Source: an uncultured Candidatus Saccharibacteria bacterium
GTDB lineage: Bacteria > Patescibacteriota > Minisyncoccia > UBA6257 > GWB1-50-10
Length of the DNA: 39,326 nt
Direction: 5' to 3'
NCBI GenBank assembly: GCA_964525595.1
Contig: CAZGHF010000004.1
Location: 1-39,326 of the forward strand
Shown here: positions 1 through 9,597 of the stretch, piece after piece
Position numbering within the stretch: position 1 is the stretch's first letter
Layout: each line of letters begins with the position of its first letter
Notes under the pieces: generated by a model
Database searches by the model: none
What the model saw: only the letters and a program-made list of their open reading frames with translations
What the model was told of the DNA's origin: nothing
Translations under genes and position numbers: made by a program

Positions 1-819
1 TGTTACGGCATTGGGTTCAAGTTTAGTTTTCTCGACAACATTGTCAATATGGAGCGGTTCGCCGGCTTCCTGAATTGTTTTAAATATCACCAGTTGAACT
101 TGGTCTTCAATTTTTATCTCCGGAGCCGGTTTTGACCCGATTACGGAGAGAAAATCGGGATTTATGCCTTTTAAATCTTCCAGAATATCTTCGGCACTCG
201 TTACGATTCGCGCTCCGTTTCGGAGGAGCATGTGGGAGCCGGTATAGTTCGGGTGGTCGGCCGGTCCCGGCGTGACGAATACTTCCCGACCTTGCTCCAG
301 GGCATGCTTTGCGGTTGAGAGCGAGCCGGACTTAATGGGCGCTTCAACGACAGTGGTGGCAAGGGAGAGACCGCTTATAATTCTGTTTCTTTCCAAAAAC
401 TGGCTTGGATAAGAAGGCGTACCCTCGGGATATTCCGAAATTATTGCTCCATCCGCCTCCAGGATTTTTCGGGCTAGATTCAGATTTTGGTGGGGGTAAA
501 TGTAATCAAGTCCGTTTCCCAAGACCGCTATGGTCCTGCCCCGGGCTTTGAGTGCGCCTTCGTGGGCGGCGGCATCAATCCCAAGTGCCAAGCCGCTTAC
601 AACCGTGATGCCGTTTTTTGCCAGGTCACGGCCAATCTCTTTTGCTATTTTTATTCCTTCGTGAGTTGCTTTTCTCGTGCCCACGACCGCAACTGTAATC
701 TCCTCGGCGGTAGGGAAGCGTCCCATGTAGAAAACCTGCTCCGGCGCTCCCGGAATTTCTTTTAAGAGCGGGAGAAAACTTTCATCGGAAGGAGATAGTT
801 TTTTGATTGGCAAGTTCAT
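1..819 (-). CDS. dprA: DNA-processing protein DprA (3' end runs off window)
   Basis: Not in the ORF track. Manual minus-strand translation from ATG at 819 gives MNLPIKKL...VAVVGTRKAT...VVSGLALGIDAAAHEGAL...IAVLGNG...FLERNRIISGLS...VVEAPIKSGSLSTAKHALEQGREVF, the DprA/SMF motifs. Confidence 0.95.
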   Translation of the reverse strand, partial: MNLPIKKLSPSDESFLPLLKEIPGAPEQVFYMGRFPTAEEITVAVVGTRKATHEGIKIAKEIGRDLAKNGITVVSGLALGIDAAAHEGALKARGRTIAVLGNGLDYIYPHQNLNLARKILEADGAIISEYPEGTPSYPSQFLERNRIISGLSLATTVVEAPIKSGSLSTAKHALEQGREVFVTPGPADHPNYTGSHMLLRNGARIVTSAEDILEDLKGINPDFLSVIGSKPAPEIKIEDQVQLVIFKTIQEAGEPLHIDNVVEKTKLEPNAVT

Positions 820-857
820 TTAGCTTATAATAAGACGAATATTCAAGAACTGTAAAT

Positions 858-1205
858 ATGTTCACTAAATCGGTTATTTTCAGAGAGAAAATTTTAACGG
901 TTTTTACGGCTTTATGCCTCCTTTTCCTTATAATCGGCTTCTTTTTGGTTTATTTCAACATATCAAAGCTTACCTCGCCTTTAATTCTTCATTTTGACAA
1001 TGTTTTGGGGATAGATTTTTTCGGTGAGACCCAGTCCCTTTGGTTTATGTGGGTAACCGGTCTCCTTGTGATTTTGTTTAACCTTTTTCTTGGGTACTAT
1101 CTTTTTTACCGGGAAAGGACTCTTTCTTATCTCTTATTTGGAATTACGGCTCTTTTTTCTCTTTTTAATCTCGTCGCAATACTCCAGGTAATTTCTTTAA
1201 ACTGA
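858..1205 (+). CDS. Small integral membrane protein (3 TM), hypothetical
   Basis: 115 aa, three hydrophobic segments, PLILHF...GID loop. Confidence 0.7.
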   Translation: MFTKSVIFREKILTVFTALCLLFLIIGFFLVYFNISKLTSPLILHFDNVLGIDFFGETQSLWFMWVTGLLVILFNLFLGYYLFYRERTLSYLLFGITALFSLFNLVAILQVISLN

Positions 1206-1206
1206 A

Positions 1207-2322
1207 ATGGAAATAATTCTTGCAATAATCATAGCTACCCTCCTTGTTATTCTTGGAGTTCTTTTGCGATTGGTTTTGAAGCGTGGTGATGTTGGCGGTG
1301 AAAACAATGAAATTTTATTTAAGGAAAAAATTAAAGACAGAGAAACTGAAATCACTTCCCTAAAAAACCAAATTGACAAATTTAGTAAGGACAACTTGGA
1401 TCTTCATAAAGAGAACACAGCTTTTAAGCAAAGAGAAAACGATCGCCAGAGTGATTATGAAAAGAGAGTTGCGAATTTGAGTTCCACAATAGATAGAATT
1501 CAGGATGAACGGAATAAAGAAGTTGAGAATAAGCATAAGGAAGAACTTGAAAGAATTAATAAGTTAAAAGAAACATGGTCAAAGCATGAAGATAAGGTAA
1601 AGGAAACGATAAAGGCAATCTGTCAGAAGCACATTATTGAATACGTTGATAAAGTCCCGTTTCGTGGCAAGCCTGATAATACAATTAAAATCAGCGGTGA
1701 ATACATCATCTTTGATGCAAAAAGCCCAGCTTCAGATAATCTGGAAAACTTTCCAACCTACATGAAATCCCAGACTGAATCAGTTAAGAAATATATAAAA
1801 GAGGAAAATGTTAAAAAGGATATTTTCTTAGTAGTCCCATCAAATACGGTGGATACTTTTGATGAGTTCTCATTCAATATGGCTGATTACAATGTTTATG
1901 TAGTCACTCTAGACGCGCTTGAGCCAATAATACTTAACTTGCAAAAGATAGAGGAATACGAATTCGTTGAACAATTAAGCCCCGAAGAACGTGATAATAT
2001 TTGCAGATTGATTGGGAAATTTGCTCATGTAACAAAAAGAAAAATTCAAATTGATACATTTTTCGTTAGGGAATTCTTAGGAATTCTTTCTAAGTGTGAT
2101 AGTTTGCCTCGAGACGTTCTTGAAAAAGTTGTTGAGTACGAACGGTCAGAAAAATTAAATCCACCCCAAGAGAAAAGAGCAAAGTTGATTTCTAGCAAAG
2201 AACTTGAAATTGATAGTCAGAACATAAAAAAAGAAGCTAATGCAAAAGGTATTGCTTCTCCTAAGTCTTTGCATCGCGCAATTGAGGATTTGCCCTTAAA
2301 CGTCGAAGATGAATCAGAGTAA
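1207..2322 (+). CDS. RmuC-like protein (N-terminal TM, coiled coil, PD-(D/E)xK nuclease-like domain)
   Basis: N-terminal TM, long charged coiled coil, KPDNTIKI..IIFDAKSP motif as in RmuC. Confidence 0.65.
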   Translation: MEIILAIIIATLLVILGVLLRLVLKRGDVGGENNEILFKEKIKDRETEITSLKNQIDKFSKDNLDLHKENTAFKQRENDRQSDYEKRVANLSSTIDRIQDERNKEVENKHKEELERINKLKETWSKHEDKVKETIKAICQKHIIEYVDKVPFRGKPDNTIKISGEYIIFDAKSPASDNLENFPTYMKSQTESVKKYIKEENVKKDIFLVVPSNTVDTFDEFSFNMADYNVYVVTLDALEPIILNLQKIEEYEFVEQLSPEERDNICRLIGKFAHVTKRKIQIDTFFVREFLGILSKCDSLPRDVLEKVVEYERSEKLNPPQEKRAKLISSKELEIDSQNIKKEANAKGIASPKSLHRAIEDLPLNVEDESE

Positions 2323-2989
2323 TCTCTTAGGGGTTAAATGGTGGAAATTTTTGCGCCTCCGGCCTCTTTTCTCTTTTATTCCTTTTTTGGATTTTGTTAT
2401 TGTTTCGGGTTCGCTTGCTTTTGGCAACGCTCACGAGGATTCAGATTTTGACGTGATTGTCGGGGCGAGAGAAGGACGGATTTTCACCGTCAGAATTTTT
2501 TGTCTTTTGATTTTCGGGTTGTTGGGTTTAAGGCGGCAGGGGACTGATTCTAAAAAACTTTCAAGTGATAAAGTTTGTTTCAATCATTTTGTAACGCCAC
2601 CCGCTTATAAACTCTCTCCGCCTTATGACGATTATTGGAGAGGGCTCTATCAGAACCTTGTGCCGGTTTATGGCAGAAAGAAAAAGATTGAGAGCTTCTT
2701 TAGTGCGAATGATTGGACGGGAGGGGAATTGGTCGTTGATTGGGCGCGCTTCAAGCCGACGAAATTTAATCCGGCAAGAATTTTTTTGGAGTTCGTTCTT
2801 CACGAATTTTTAGGAGATGTCTTCGAAAAACTTGTGAAGAAAACCCAACTTGAACGGATAGAGGAAAGTTTGAAACGGGACATCGGTTACAAACCCCGCA
2901 TTCGCTACAATGACAAAGAATTGGAATTCCACTCCGACACCCGGCGGATAGAGGAGACGTTGAACCGAGGTTCCCACCAGAGTTCTTGA
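2309..2989 (+). CDS. Nucleotidyltransferase-domain protein (Pol beta fold)
   Basis: GSLAFGNAHEDSDFDVIV = GS..DxD motif. Confidence 0.7.
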   Translation: MNQSNLLGVKWWKFLRLRPLFSFIPFLDFVIVSGSLAFGNAHEDSDFDVIVGAREGRIFTVRIFCLLIFGLLGLRRQGTDSKKLSSDKVCFNHFVTPPAYKLSPPYDDYWRGLYQNLVPVYGRKKKIESFFSANDWTGGELVVDWARFKPTKFNPARIFLEFVLHEFLGDVFEKLVKKTQLERIEESLKRDIGYKPRIRYNDKELEFHSDTRRIEETLNRGSHQSS

Positions 2990-3029
2990 AAAACGTTTCG
3001 AGGTTTCTGGTGGAGAAATCATCCGGGAC

Positions 3030-3058
3030 TTGACATCATCAATAATATAGTTTATTCT
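3030..3058 (+). promoter_or_regulatory. Sigma70-type promoter of the CheY-like islet
   Basis: TTGACA-17 nt-TATTCT; SD GGAGG ahead of ATG 3113. Confidence 0.6.
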
Positions 3059-3112
3059 TTGGGCATACAGTAGAAACTGTTGCCCTTTGTCATATTTCGG
3101 GAGGAATGGTAG

Positions 3113-3482
3113 ATGAAAATTTTGGTTGTGGACGACTCGGAAGCCGTTCGTCGCGTTACCGTGAGATTCCTGAGGCGGCTCGGCTTTGAGGAGTATTATG
3201 GAAGCCGGGGATGGAAAACAGGCTCTGGAGATCTTCGACGATTCCTTTGATCTCGTGATTACCGACTGGAGCATGCCGGAAATGGACGGCATCGAGTTCG
3301 TGAAAACACTCCGTGCCCGGCCGGACGGGGAGAGAATACCCGTCCTCATGACGAGCTCTAACAACATGCCCACTGATATCGCTTCTGCGACCAAAGCGGG
3401 TGTGAACGGCTACATCGTCAAGCCGTTTGAGCTCGAGGCATTCCAGAAGAAGATTAGGGAGGTGCTCTCGCAGTCCGGGTGA
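3113..3482 (+). pseudogene. CheY-like single-domain response regulator with a +1 frameshift
   Basis: ATG 3113 MKILVVDDSEAVRRVTVRFLRRLGFEE continues in another frame as IMEAGDG..DLVITDWSMPEMDGIEF..AGVNGYIVKPF; one extra base near 3193. Confidence 0.8.
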
Positions 3483-3531
3483 CGCCTAACTAACTTCTCT
3501 TTATCAAGTCCAACGCACAGTGAGGTGAATT

Positions 3532-3735
3532 GTGGGAAATCAAAGACCCAACCCAGTAGCGGTCACCATACCCATTCTTCTGGTGATCATGGGGGGTATG
3601 TTCGCCGCCCCTTACGTACCCGAGAACCTCTTCTCTTACTACAAGGGAGGAGTGATTACCGTGATCATCGCCGCGATCGCTTTCGTCTTTTGGCTCGCCC
3701 TGAAGGGTATGGTCAAGTCTCAAGCGGAGGAGTGA
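3532..3735 (+). CDS. Small 2-TM membrane protein, hypothetical
   Basis: GAGGTG SD before GTG, two hydrophobic helices, followed by a terminator. Confidence 0.55.
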   Translation: MGNQRPNPVAVTIPILLVIMGGMFAAPYVPENLFSYYKGGVITVIIAAIAFVFWLALKGMVKSQAEE

Positions 3736-3760
3736 GACGGTCTCACGGGGCAGTACAGCG

Positions 3761-3793
3761 AGCAGCTTGACTTCGGTCGGGCTGCTTTCATTT
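3761..3793 (+). terminator. Rho-independent terminator
   Basis: AGCAGCTTGAC-TTCG-GTCGGGCTGCT then T-rich tail. Confidence 0.6.
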
Positions 3794-3834
3794 CGGGACT
3801 TGCAATCTTGAGAAATGTGTGCTAGTATCCTCAC

Positions 3835-3914
3835 AGTGAGTGCTGAGCATTCCCTTGCGATGATATCGACAGAGGAATGCCCTTCCAAGTCCGCCCCCTT
3901 TCGGGGGCGGTTTT
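3835..3914 (+). ncRNA. Candidate small RNA
   Basis: Promoter TTGCAA-17-TAGTAT (3800-3828), hairpin GCATTCC..GGAATGC (3847-3880), terminator CCGCCCCC-TTTC-GGGGGCGG-TTTT (3891-3914), no credible ORF. Confidence 0.35.
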
Positions 3915-4063
3915 GTTCTTCACGGGTCTTGCCCTCCTATTTTCTTTAATTTAATGTAATAGAGGGCTGTATGAGCGGTCATGGACCAGAGCACTCATGA
4001 AATAAATAAAAAATTTGGAGGTCACCACCATGGCTGCTTATACGGTCTCCCTTGTTTTTTACT

Positions 4064-6622
4064 ATGTCGATATTAAGAAAAATATTTCCCGATAGAACGA
4101 TAAAACGCCTGGAAGGCGTTGTTTCGTCTATTAACGCTTTGGAGGCGGGGATTAAGAAGAAATCGGACGAGGAGCTGAAAAAAGCCTCCACCGATTTGAA
4201 AAAGAGAGCGGGGGAAGGAGAGTCGCTTGACGCACTCCTGCCCGAAGTGTTTGCTTTGGTTCGCGAGGTGAGCCGCCGGACGCTGGGTCAGCGTCACTTT
4301 GACGTCCAGCTCATGGGCGGGGCGGTTCTTCACGAAGGAAAAATTGCCGAAATGTTGACCGGTGAAGGAAAAACTCTTGCTTCAACGGCGCCGATTTATT
4401 TGAATGCTTTGGCGGGTAAAGGGATACATGTGATTACGGTAAACGATTATCTCGCCAAACGTGATGCCGTTTGGATGGGACAGATTTATGATTTTTTGGG
4501 ACTTAGCGTCGGGTGTCTCATTCACGACACGGCCTTCATTTATGACCCCACTTTTACGAAAGAAAAATCGGAGGAAGAAGACAAGAGCGAACTGGACAAG
4601 CAAAGGGATGTGCTGGGAAGCTTTAAAGTTTTTGAAGAATTTTTGCGGCCGGTAGGCCGGCAGGAGGCTTACAAGGCTGATATTACTTACGGCACCAATC
4701 ACGAGTTTGGATTTGATTATTTGCGGGACAACCTTACTCTTCGCTTAGAGGACCGGGTTCAGCGCGAGAGAGGCTACGCCATAATTGACGAGGTGGACAG
4801 CGTTTTGATTGACGAAGCCCGGACGCCGCTTATAATTTCCGCGCCTGACGTTGAGTCAAGTAATTACTACAAGGTTTTTGCCGGGGTGGTCAGAAACCTG
4901 AAACCGGAAGAAGATTACGACGTTGACGAGAAATTAAGAATAGTAAACATCACCGAGGCCGGCATTGAGAAAGTTGAGAAAGCGCTCGGTCTTACCAATA
5001 TTTTTGCTCCGGAGAATGCCCGGCTGGTTCATTTTCTCCAGGAGAGCTTGAAAGCGAAGGCGCTTTTTCACAAGGACAAGGAGTATGTGGTGAAAAATAA
5101 TGAGGTAATTATTGTTGACCAGTTCACCGGGCGGCTTTTCCTCGGTCGCCGCTACTCCGGCGGTCTCCATCAGGCGATTGAGACGAAAGAAAGTGTACCG
5201 GTAAAGGAAGAGAATCGGACTTTGGCTCAAATCACCATTCAGAATTACTTTCGGCTCTACGACAAGGTTGCCGGCATGACCGGCACCGCATCAACCTCCG
5301 CCGAGGAATTTCACAAGGTTTATGACCTTGAGGTGATGAGCGTTCCGACGAATAAGCCAATGATTCGTCTGGCTTTACCGGACGTCATTTATAAAACGAA
5401 AGAAGCAAAGTTCAAAGCGGTTACCGCGGAGGTAAAGCGCCGCCACGAGAAGGGCCAGCCGATTCTTTTGGGTACGGCAACAATTGAGCACAACGAAGTC
5501 ATCTCGGGATTTTTGAAAGAAGCCGGCATTCCTCACGAAGTTTTGAATGCCAAGAATAACGAACGGGAAGGGGCGATAATCGCCCAAGCCGGAAAAGGGG
5601 GAGCAGTGACGGTTGCGACCAACATGGCCGGGCGCGGTGTGGACATTGTTTTGGGAGGTAATCCACCCGTTCCTGAAGAAGCGGACAAGGTCTGTGAGGC
5701 CGAGGGACTTTTCGTTATTGGTACGGAGCGGCACGATGCCCGCCGGATTGACAACCAGCTCCGGGGACGGGCCGGTCGGCAGGGCGACCCGGGCGGAAGC
5801 CGGTTCTTTTTGTCGCTTGAGGATGACCTCTTGCGCATTTTCGGCGGCGAGCGCATCGGAAACTTAATGAAAACACTGAACGTCCCGGAAGATATGCCGA
5901 TTGACTCAAAGAATGTTTCAAAGGCAGTCGGGCAAGCTCAGGCGAGAGTTGAAGGAATTAATCTGGACATTAGAAAACATCTTCTTGATTTTGACGACGT
6001 TTTAAACAAACAGCGGACCGCAATTTATGTGAGGCGCATAAAAATTCTTGAGGCGGGAGAGAAAAACGAGGTTTTGTCGATTGTTAAGGAAACGCTGGAG
6101 TTTTTCGTTGAGGCAAACGAAGAGAATTTTAAAAATGCTCTTGAAGCCGGTTTGGCAAAAAGAGAAGAGGAAGGAAAGGTAAAAGAGTTGCGGGAGAGGC
6201 TTCTAAAAATACCGGAGAAGATTGAGGGCGAGCGGGCAAAACTTTTGGGTCACCAGATGGTGAGAGTTTTGGATACTCTTTGGATGGGACACCTGGAAAA
6301 TTTGGAAGCGCTCCGGGAGTCGGTGAACATCCGCGCCTACGGCCAGCATGAGCCGCTTGTTGAGTACCGCCGGGACGCTCACAAGCTCTTTAAGGAACTG
6401 GACCTCAATTATGCATCGATTATTTTCAACATCGCTTTCAAAATTTTTGAGGTGGATTTAGGTGAGGTTGCCCGGCGGCAGGAAGAAGAAGTCAAGCGTC
6501 GTGAAAACGCCCAGGCGGAGGCAATTTTGGGCAAAAAACCCGGCCGTAACGATCCCTGCTGGTGCGGAGCGAAAAACTCGGACGGTAGTCCAAAGAAATA
6601 CAAAAAATGCCATGGAAAATAG
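4064..6622 (+). CDS. secA: Preprotein translocase subunit SecA
   Basis: MLTGEGKT, VITVNDYLAKRDA, IIDEVDSVLIDEARTPLIIS, VATNMAGRGVDI, RRIDNQLRGRAGRQGDPG, C-terminal GRNDPCWCG..KYKKCHG; ATG start at 4064 preferred. Confidence 0.98.
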   Translation: MSILRKIFPDRTIKRLEGVVSSINALEAGIKKKSDEELKKASTDLKKRAGEGESLDALLPEVFALVREVSRRTLGQRHFDVQLMGGAVLHEGKIAEMLTGEGKTLASTAPIYLNALAGKGIHVITVNDYLAKRDAVWMGQIYDFLGLSVGCLIHDTAFIYDPTFTKEKSEEEDKSELDKQRDVLGSFKVFEEFLRPVGRQEAYKADITYGTNHEFGFDYLRDNLTLRLEDRVQRERGYAIIDEVDSVLIDEARTPLIISAPDVESSNYYKVFAGVVRNLKPEEDYDVDEKLRIVNITEAGIEKVEKALGLTNIFAPENARLVHFLQESLKAKALFHKDKEYVVKNNEVIIVDQFTGRLFLGRRYSGGLHQAIETKESVPVKEENRTLAQITIQNYFRLYDKVAGMTGTASTSAEEFHKVYDLEVMSVPTNKPMIRLALPDVIYKTKEAKFKAVTAEVKRRHEKGQPILLGTATIEHNEVISGFLKEAGIPHEVLNAKNNEREGAIIAQAGKGGAVTVATNMAGRGVDIVLGGNPPVPEEADKVCEAEGLFVIGTERHDARRIDNQLRGRAGRQGDPGGSRFFLSLEDDLLRIFGGERIGNLMKTLNVPEDMPIDSKNVSKAVGQAQARVEGINLDIRKHLLDFDDVLNKQRTAIYVRRIKILEAGEKNEVLSIVKETLEFFVEANEENFKNALEAGLAKREEEGKVKELRERLLKIPEKIEGERAKLLGHQMVRVLDTLWMGHLENLEALRESVNIRAYGQHEPLVEYRRDAHKLFKELDLNYASIIFNIAFKIFEVDLGEVARRQEEEVKRRENAQAEAILGKKPGRNDPCWCGAKNSDGSPKKYKKCHGK

Positions 6623-7028
6623 GCCAAAAGTAGGCGTCGGGGTGACGATTCTCAAAGACGGGAAAGTTTTACTTGGAAAGCGAAAAGGTTCTCACGGAGA
6701 AGGCGAGTATGCTTTTCCCGGCGGCCACCTTGAGTATATGGAGTCTTTTGAGAATTGTGCTAAGCGCGAGACGCTGGAAGAATGCGGGATTGAAATTGAA
6801 AATATTAAGTTTCTTTTCTTGGCTAACGTTAAGAAATATTACCCGAAACATTATGTTCATATTGGTATGATTGCTGATTGGAAAAGCGGCGAGCCAAAGG
6901 TATTGGAACCGGACAGGTCTGAGAACTGGGATTGGTATGATTTAAATAAACTCCCCGAGCCGATATTTGAATTCTGTAAACTATCTATAGATAGTTATAA
7001 GACAGGAAAAAACTATTTTGATTTATAG
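6612..7028 (+). CDS. NUDIX hydrolase (NUDT15/MutT-like)
   Basis: RPKVGVGV..LLGKRKGSHGEG.YAFPGGHLEYMESFENCAKRETLEECG Nudix box; ATG overlaps the secA end. Confidence 0.9.
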   Translation: MENRPKVGVGVTILKDGKVLLGKRKGSHGEGEYAFPGGHLEYMESFENCAKRETLEECGIEIENIKFLFLANVKKYYPKHYVHIGMIADWKSGEPKVLEPDRSENWDWYDLNKLPEPIFEFCKLSIDSYKTGKNYFDL

Positions 7029-7127
7029 TTTATGAAATATAACAAATTATTATTATGAAGCGGGGGACAAAAATCAAACATAATGTAATTGAGGACATTG
7101 TACCGGAACTTAAGAGAGTGTTTCAAA

Positions 7128-7643
7128 ATGCCGGCTGATAAAATCAGTTTAAAAAACGCGAAAGAAGAAAAGTTGTTTTATTTTGTCGCTAATGTCGTAG
7201 TGTATCGTGAAAGCGACGGCAGATGTCTCATTTTAAAACGAAGTGAAACGGAGAAAGTTCATCCGGGTAAATATTGCGTCCCGGGCGGGAAGCTGGAATG
7301 GGACGAATTAGATATTTCAAAACCAACCAGATTGAACGGCGATGTGCTGGATTTTGAAAACACAGTGGAGGATTTGCTGGTAAGAGAAACAAAAGAAGAA
7401 GCGGGAATTGATATTGAAAAGGATTTAAAATATATCAACAGTGTTGCGTTCGTGAGACCGGACGAGATTCCCGTCGTTCTCGTGAAGTTTGCCGCCAAGT
7501 ACAAAGGCGGGGAAGTGAGGGTTGAAGACGGCGCCTTTTCAGGTCACGCCTGGGTAAACGGGGCCGAAGTGAAGGATTACGAGTGTATTGACGGTATCCC
7601 CGAAGAAATCGTAAGAAAAATTAAAATTTTTGAAATTGCATAA
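7128..7643 (+). CDS. NUDIX hydrolase
   Basis: LILKRS..PGKYCVPGGKLE...RETKEEAGI (Nudix box with insertion). Confidence 0.85.
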   Translation: MPADKISLKNAKEEKLFYFVANVVVYRESDGRCLILKRSETEKVHPGKYCVPGGKLEWDELDISKPTRLNGDVLDFENTVEDLLVRETKEEAGIDIEKDLKYINSVAFVRPDEIPVVLVKFAAKYKGGEVRVEDGAFSGHAWVNGAEVKDYECIDGIPEEIVRKIKIFEIA

Positions 7644-7693
7644 AAGATAAAGAAAGGAGTTGAAGGAGTTGTTTGTGTTAAAATTATTGTAGA

Positions 7694-8212
7694 ATGAAAC
7701 CCTTCCATAAAAAGGTTACCGTTAAACTTTCCATATCTCTTGGTATTATTGCTGTCTTGGTTTTAGGGATAATATTCTTTGGCTTTCGAGTTGATAGTTT
7801 ATCAGAAAAGGTTATTACAACAAGACAGGAACTAGGTGAACGGTCACGTTCCCTTCAGTCGCTTGCTTCTCTCCGGTCTGATTATTCAACCAAGGGCCAG
7901 TCTTACTTAAATGTTCTCTATAACGTGATACCCGAGAAAGATGAACTTATTGACCTTTCCAAAAATTTCCAGGTAATTGCTCAAGAGGGTCAACTTGATT
8001 ACGGATTCACTTTTTTGGGCGAGAATCCTCCCATTGCGGAAAATTTGGGTTCGGTAAAGTTCAGTCTTAGTTTGGGCGGTTCGCTTAACGAACTTTTAAG
8101 TTTCCTCAAAAATTTGGAGAATTTCAGGTATCTCATAAGCTTGGAAAATGTTTCACTAAATCGTGCTGACCGAATGAGGATGAATATAAGAGGAGACGTG
8201 TTTTACAGATAA
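7694..8212 (+). CDS. Type IV pilus assembly protein PilO-like
   Basis: N-terminal TM, coiled coil, then LSLGGSLNELLSFLKNLENFRYLISLENVSL, typical of PilO/GspM. Confidence 0.65.
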   Translation: MKPFHKKVTVKLSISLGIIAVLVLGIIFFGFRVDSLSEKVITTRQELGERSRSLQSLASLRSDYSTKGQSYLNVLYNVIPEKDELIDLSKNFQVIAQEGQLDYGFTFLGENPPIAENLGSVKFSLSLGGSLNELLSFLKNLENFRYLISLENVSLNRADRMRMNIRGDVFYR

Positions 8213-8214
8213 AA

Positions 8215-8460
8215 ATGGTTAAACCAAGCTTAAAATCCCTTTTTAAATTAAAAGGCAAGAATCTCCTTAAGTCATGGAATCATAATTATATTTTTGTCTT
8301 TTTTGCTCTTTTGATGCTCGCGATAGTAAGCGTTCTTGTTATCTGGAGCGTTGTTTTCCTTGTTTCTGAGTTAACCAAACCTTTTGATGATTCTGGGGTG
8401 CCTGTGCCCACGGAAAAATTTGACATTAAGGGGTTTGAGGAATTAAATTTAATTAGGTAA
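8215..8460 (+). CDS. Small single-TM protein, hypothetical
   Basis: 81 aa with one long TM, 2 nt after the PilO-like gene. Confidence 0.6.
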   Translation: MVKPSLKSLFKLKGKNLLKSWNHNYIFVFFALLMLAIVSVLVIWSVVFLVSELTKPFDDSGVPVPTEKFDIKGFEELNLIR

Positions 8461-8493
8461 AAAAAGTAAGCCCCCATCCAGGATAGGGGCTCC

Positions 8494-8565
8494 GGGCGCA
8501 TAGTTCAGTGGTAGAACGCTATCCTGATAAGATAGAGGTCCATGGTTCGATTCCATGTGCGCCCA
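8494..8565 (+). tRNA. tRNA-Ile(GAT)
   Basis: GGGCGCA acceptor stem / TGCGCCC-A, anticodon arm CTATC-CTGATAA-GATAG, GGTTCGATTCC T-arm; CCA not encoded. Confidence 0.95.
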
Positions 8566-8580
8566 CAAGATTCATAGAAC

Positions 8581-8775
8581 TTAATTGTCTTGTTTTAACT
8601 TTTCTGCGTCGTCTTTGGAGAGAAACTTGAACATCTTTCCCTCACACTTTGAGCAGGTACCTTTGGCGGAATATCGGCCTTTTTTCTCTTCAACCTGAGG
8701 GTCTTTCATCACCTGCTTTGTTGGCTTTTTGTTTTCGTCTCTGCATGACATACAGAGTGCTTGAAGCTCTGCCAT
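8581..8775 (-). CDS. Small zinc-ribbon protein (DUF5679-like)
   Basis: ALCMSCR...GRYSAKGTCSKCEGKMFKFL, two CxxC pairs. Confidence 0.7.
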   Translation of the reverse strand: MAELQALCMSCRDENKKPTKQVMKDPQVEEKKGRYSAKGTCSKCEGKMFKFLSKDDAEKLKQDN

Positions 8776-8829
8776 ATTTTAGTGAATCATGATTATAGCG
8801 ACCTTTTACTTGTATAATTATTGTAACCT

Positions 8830-9528
8830 ATGATTTCAATTATATACAAAGATGATAACCTTATTGCCCTTTCAAAGCCAGCCGGTATGCTGGTTCACCC
8901 CTCACCTTTCTCAAAGAAGAGTGAAGGGCAAAAAACGGTGGCAGATTGGCTAAAAAAGCACTATCCGGAGGTGGGCAGCGTCGGGGACAAGCCGGAAGAA
9001 CGGCCGGGCATAGTCCACCGGCTGGATAGGGAAACATCCGGAGTCTTGATAGTTGCTAGAAACCAAAAAACCTTTGGATATCTGAAAAAACTTTTTCAGG
9101 AGCACAAGATAAAGAAAACTTATCTGGCGCTTCTGTGGGGCAGACTTGAGGGAAGAGGAGTTGTTGACTCGCTGATTGGTCTGAAACCGGGAACGGTGAG
9201 GCGCGTTACGCGGGGCAAAAACCTCAAAATGGTAAAAGAGGCGATTACCGAATACAAGGTTCTGAAAAACCTTGAAAAAAGTGGTGAGGAATTTACTCTG
9301 GTTGAGCTTACCCCAAAAACTGGCAGGACTCACCAGCTTCGGGTCCATATGAAAAGCCTGAACCGGCCGGTGGTGGGGGATGCTGTCTACGGACCAAAAA
9401 GTAACCCTTTTGGTTTGAGCCGGCAGTTTCTCCATGCCAAATCTATTGAGTTCACCAAGCCCGATGGCGGCCGCCTCAAACTGGAAGCCGACCTGCCCCT
9501 ACAGCTAAAGACGATTGCGAGGTTGTAG
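8830..9528 (+). CDS. RluA-family pseudouridine synthase
   Basis: KPAGMLVHP, GIVHRLDRETSG, TGRTHQLRVH, RQFLHA. Confidence 0.95.
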   Translation: MISIIYKDDNLIALSKPAGMLVHPSPFSKKSEGQKTVADWLKKHYPEVGSVGDKPEERPGIVHRLDRETSGVLIVARNQKTFGYLKKLFQEHKIKKTYLALLWGRLEGRGVVDSLIGLKPGTVRRVTRGKNLKMVKEAITEYKVLKNLEKSGEEFTLVELTPKTGRTHQLRVHMKSLNRPVVGDAVYGPKSNPFGLSRQFLHAKSIEFTKPDGGRLKLEADLPLQLKTIARL

Positions 9529-9597
9529 TTTTTTACCTGAAAAATTTAGGTGTGGGGGCTTGCCCCCGGAACTCGCGGATGTTATATTGTAATGCTT

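Noticed and set aside
487-765. Plus-strand 92-aa ORF
   Set aside because: Antisense shadow of dprA.
2969-3016. Imperfect hairpin CCACCAGA...TCTGGTGG over the nucleotidyltransferase stop
   Set aside because: Single copy; most simply a terminator-like structure.
7032-7138. Short frames MKYNKLLL* and MKRGTKIKHNVIEDIVPELKRVFQNAG* between the NUDIX genes
   Set aside because: Possibly gene relics but too short to assign.
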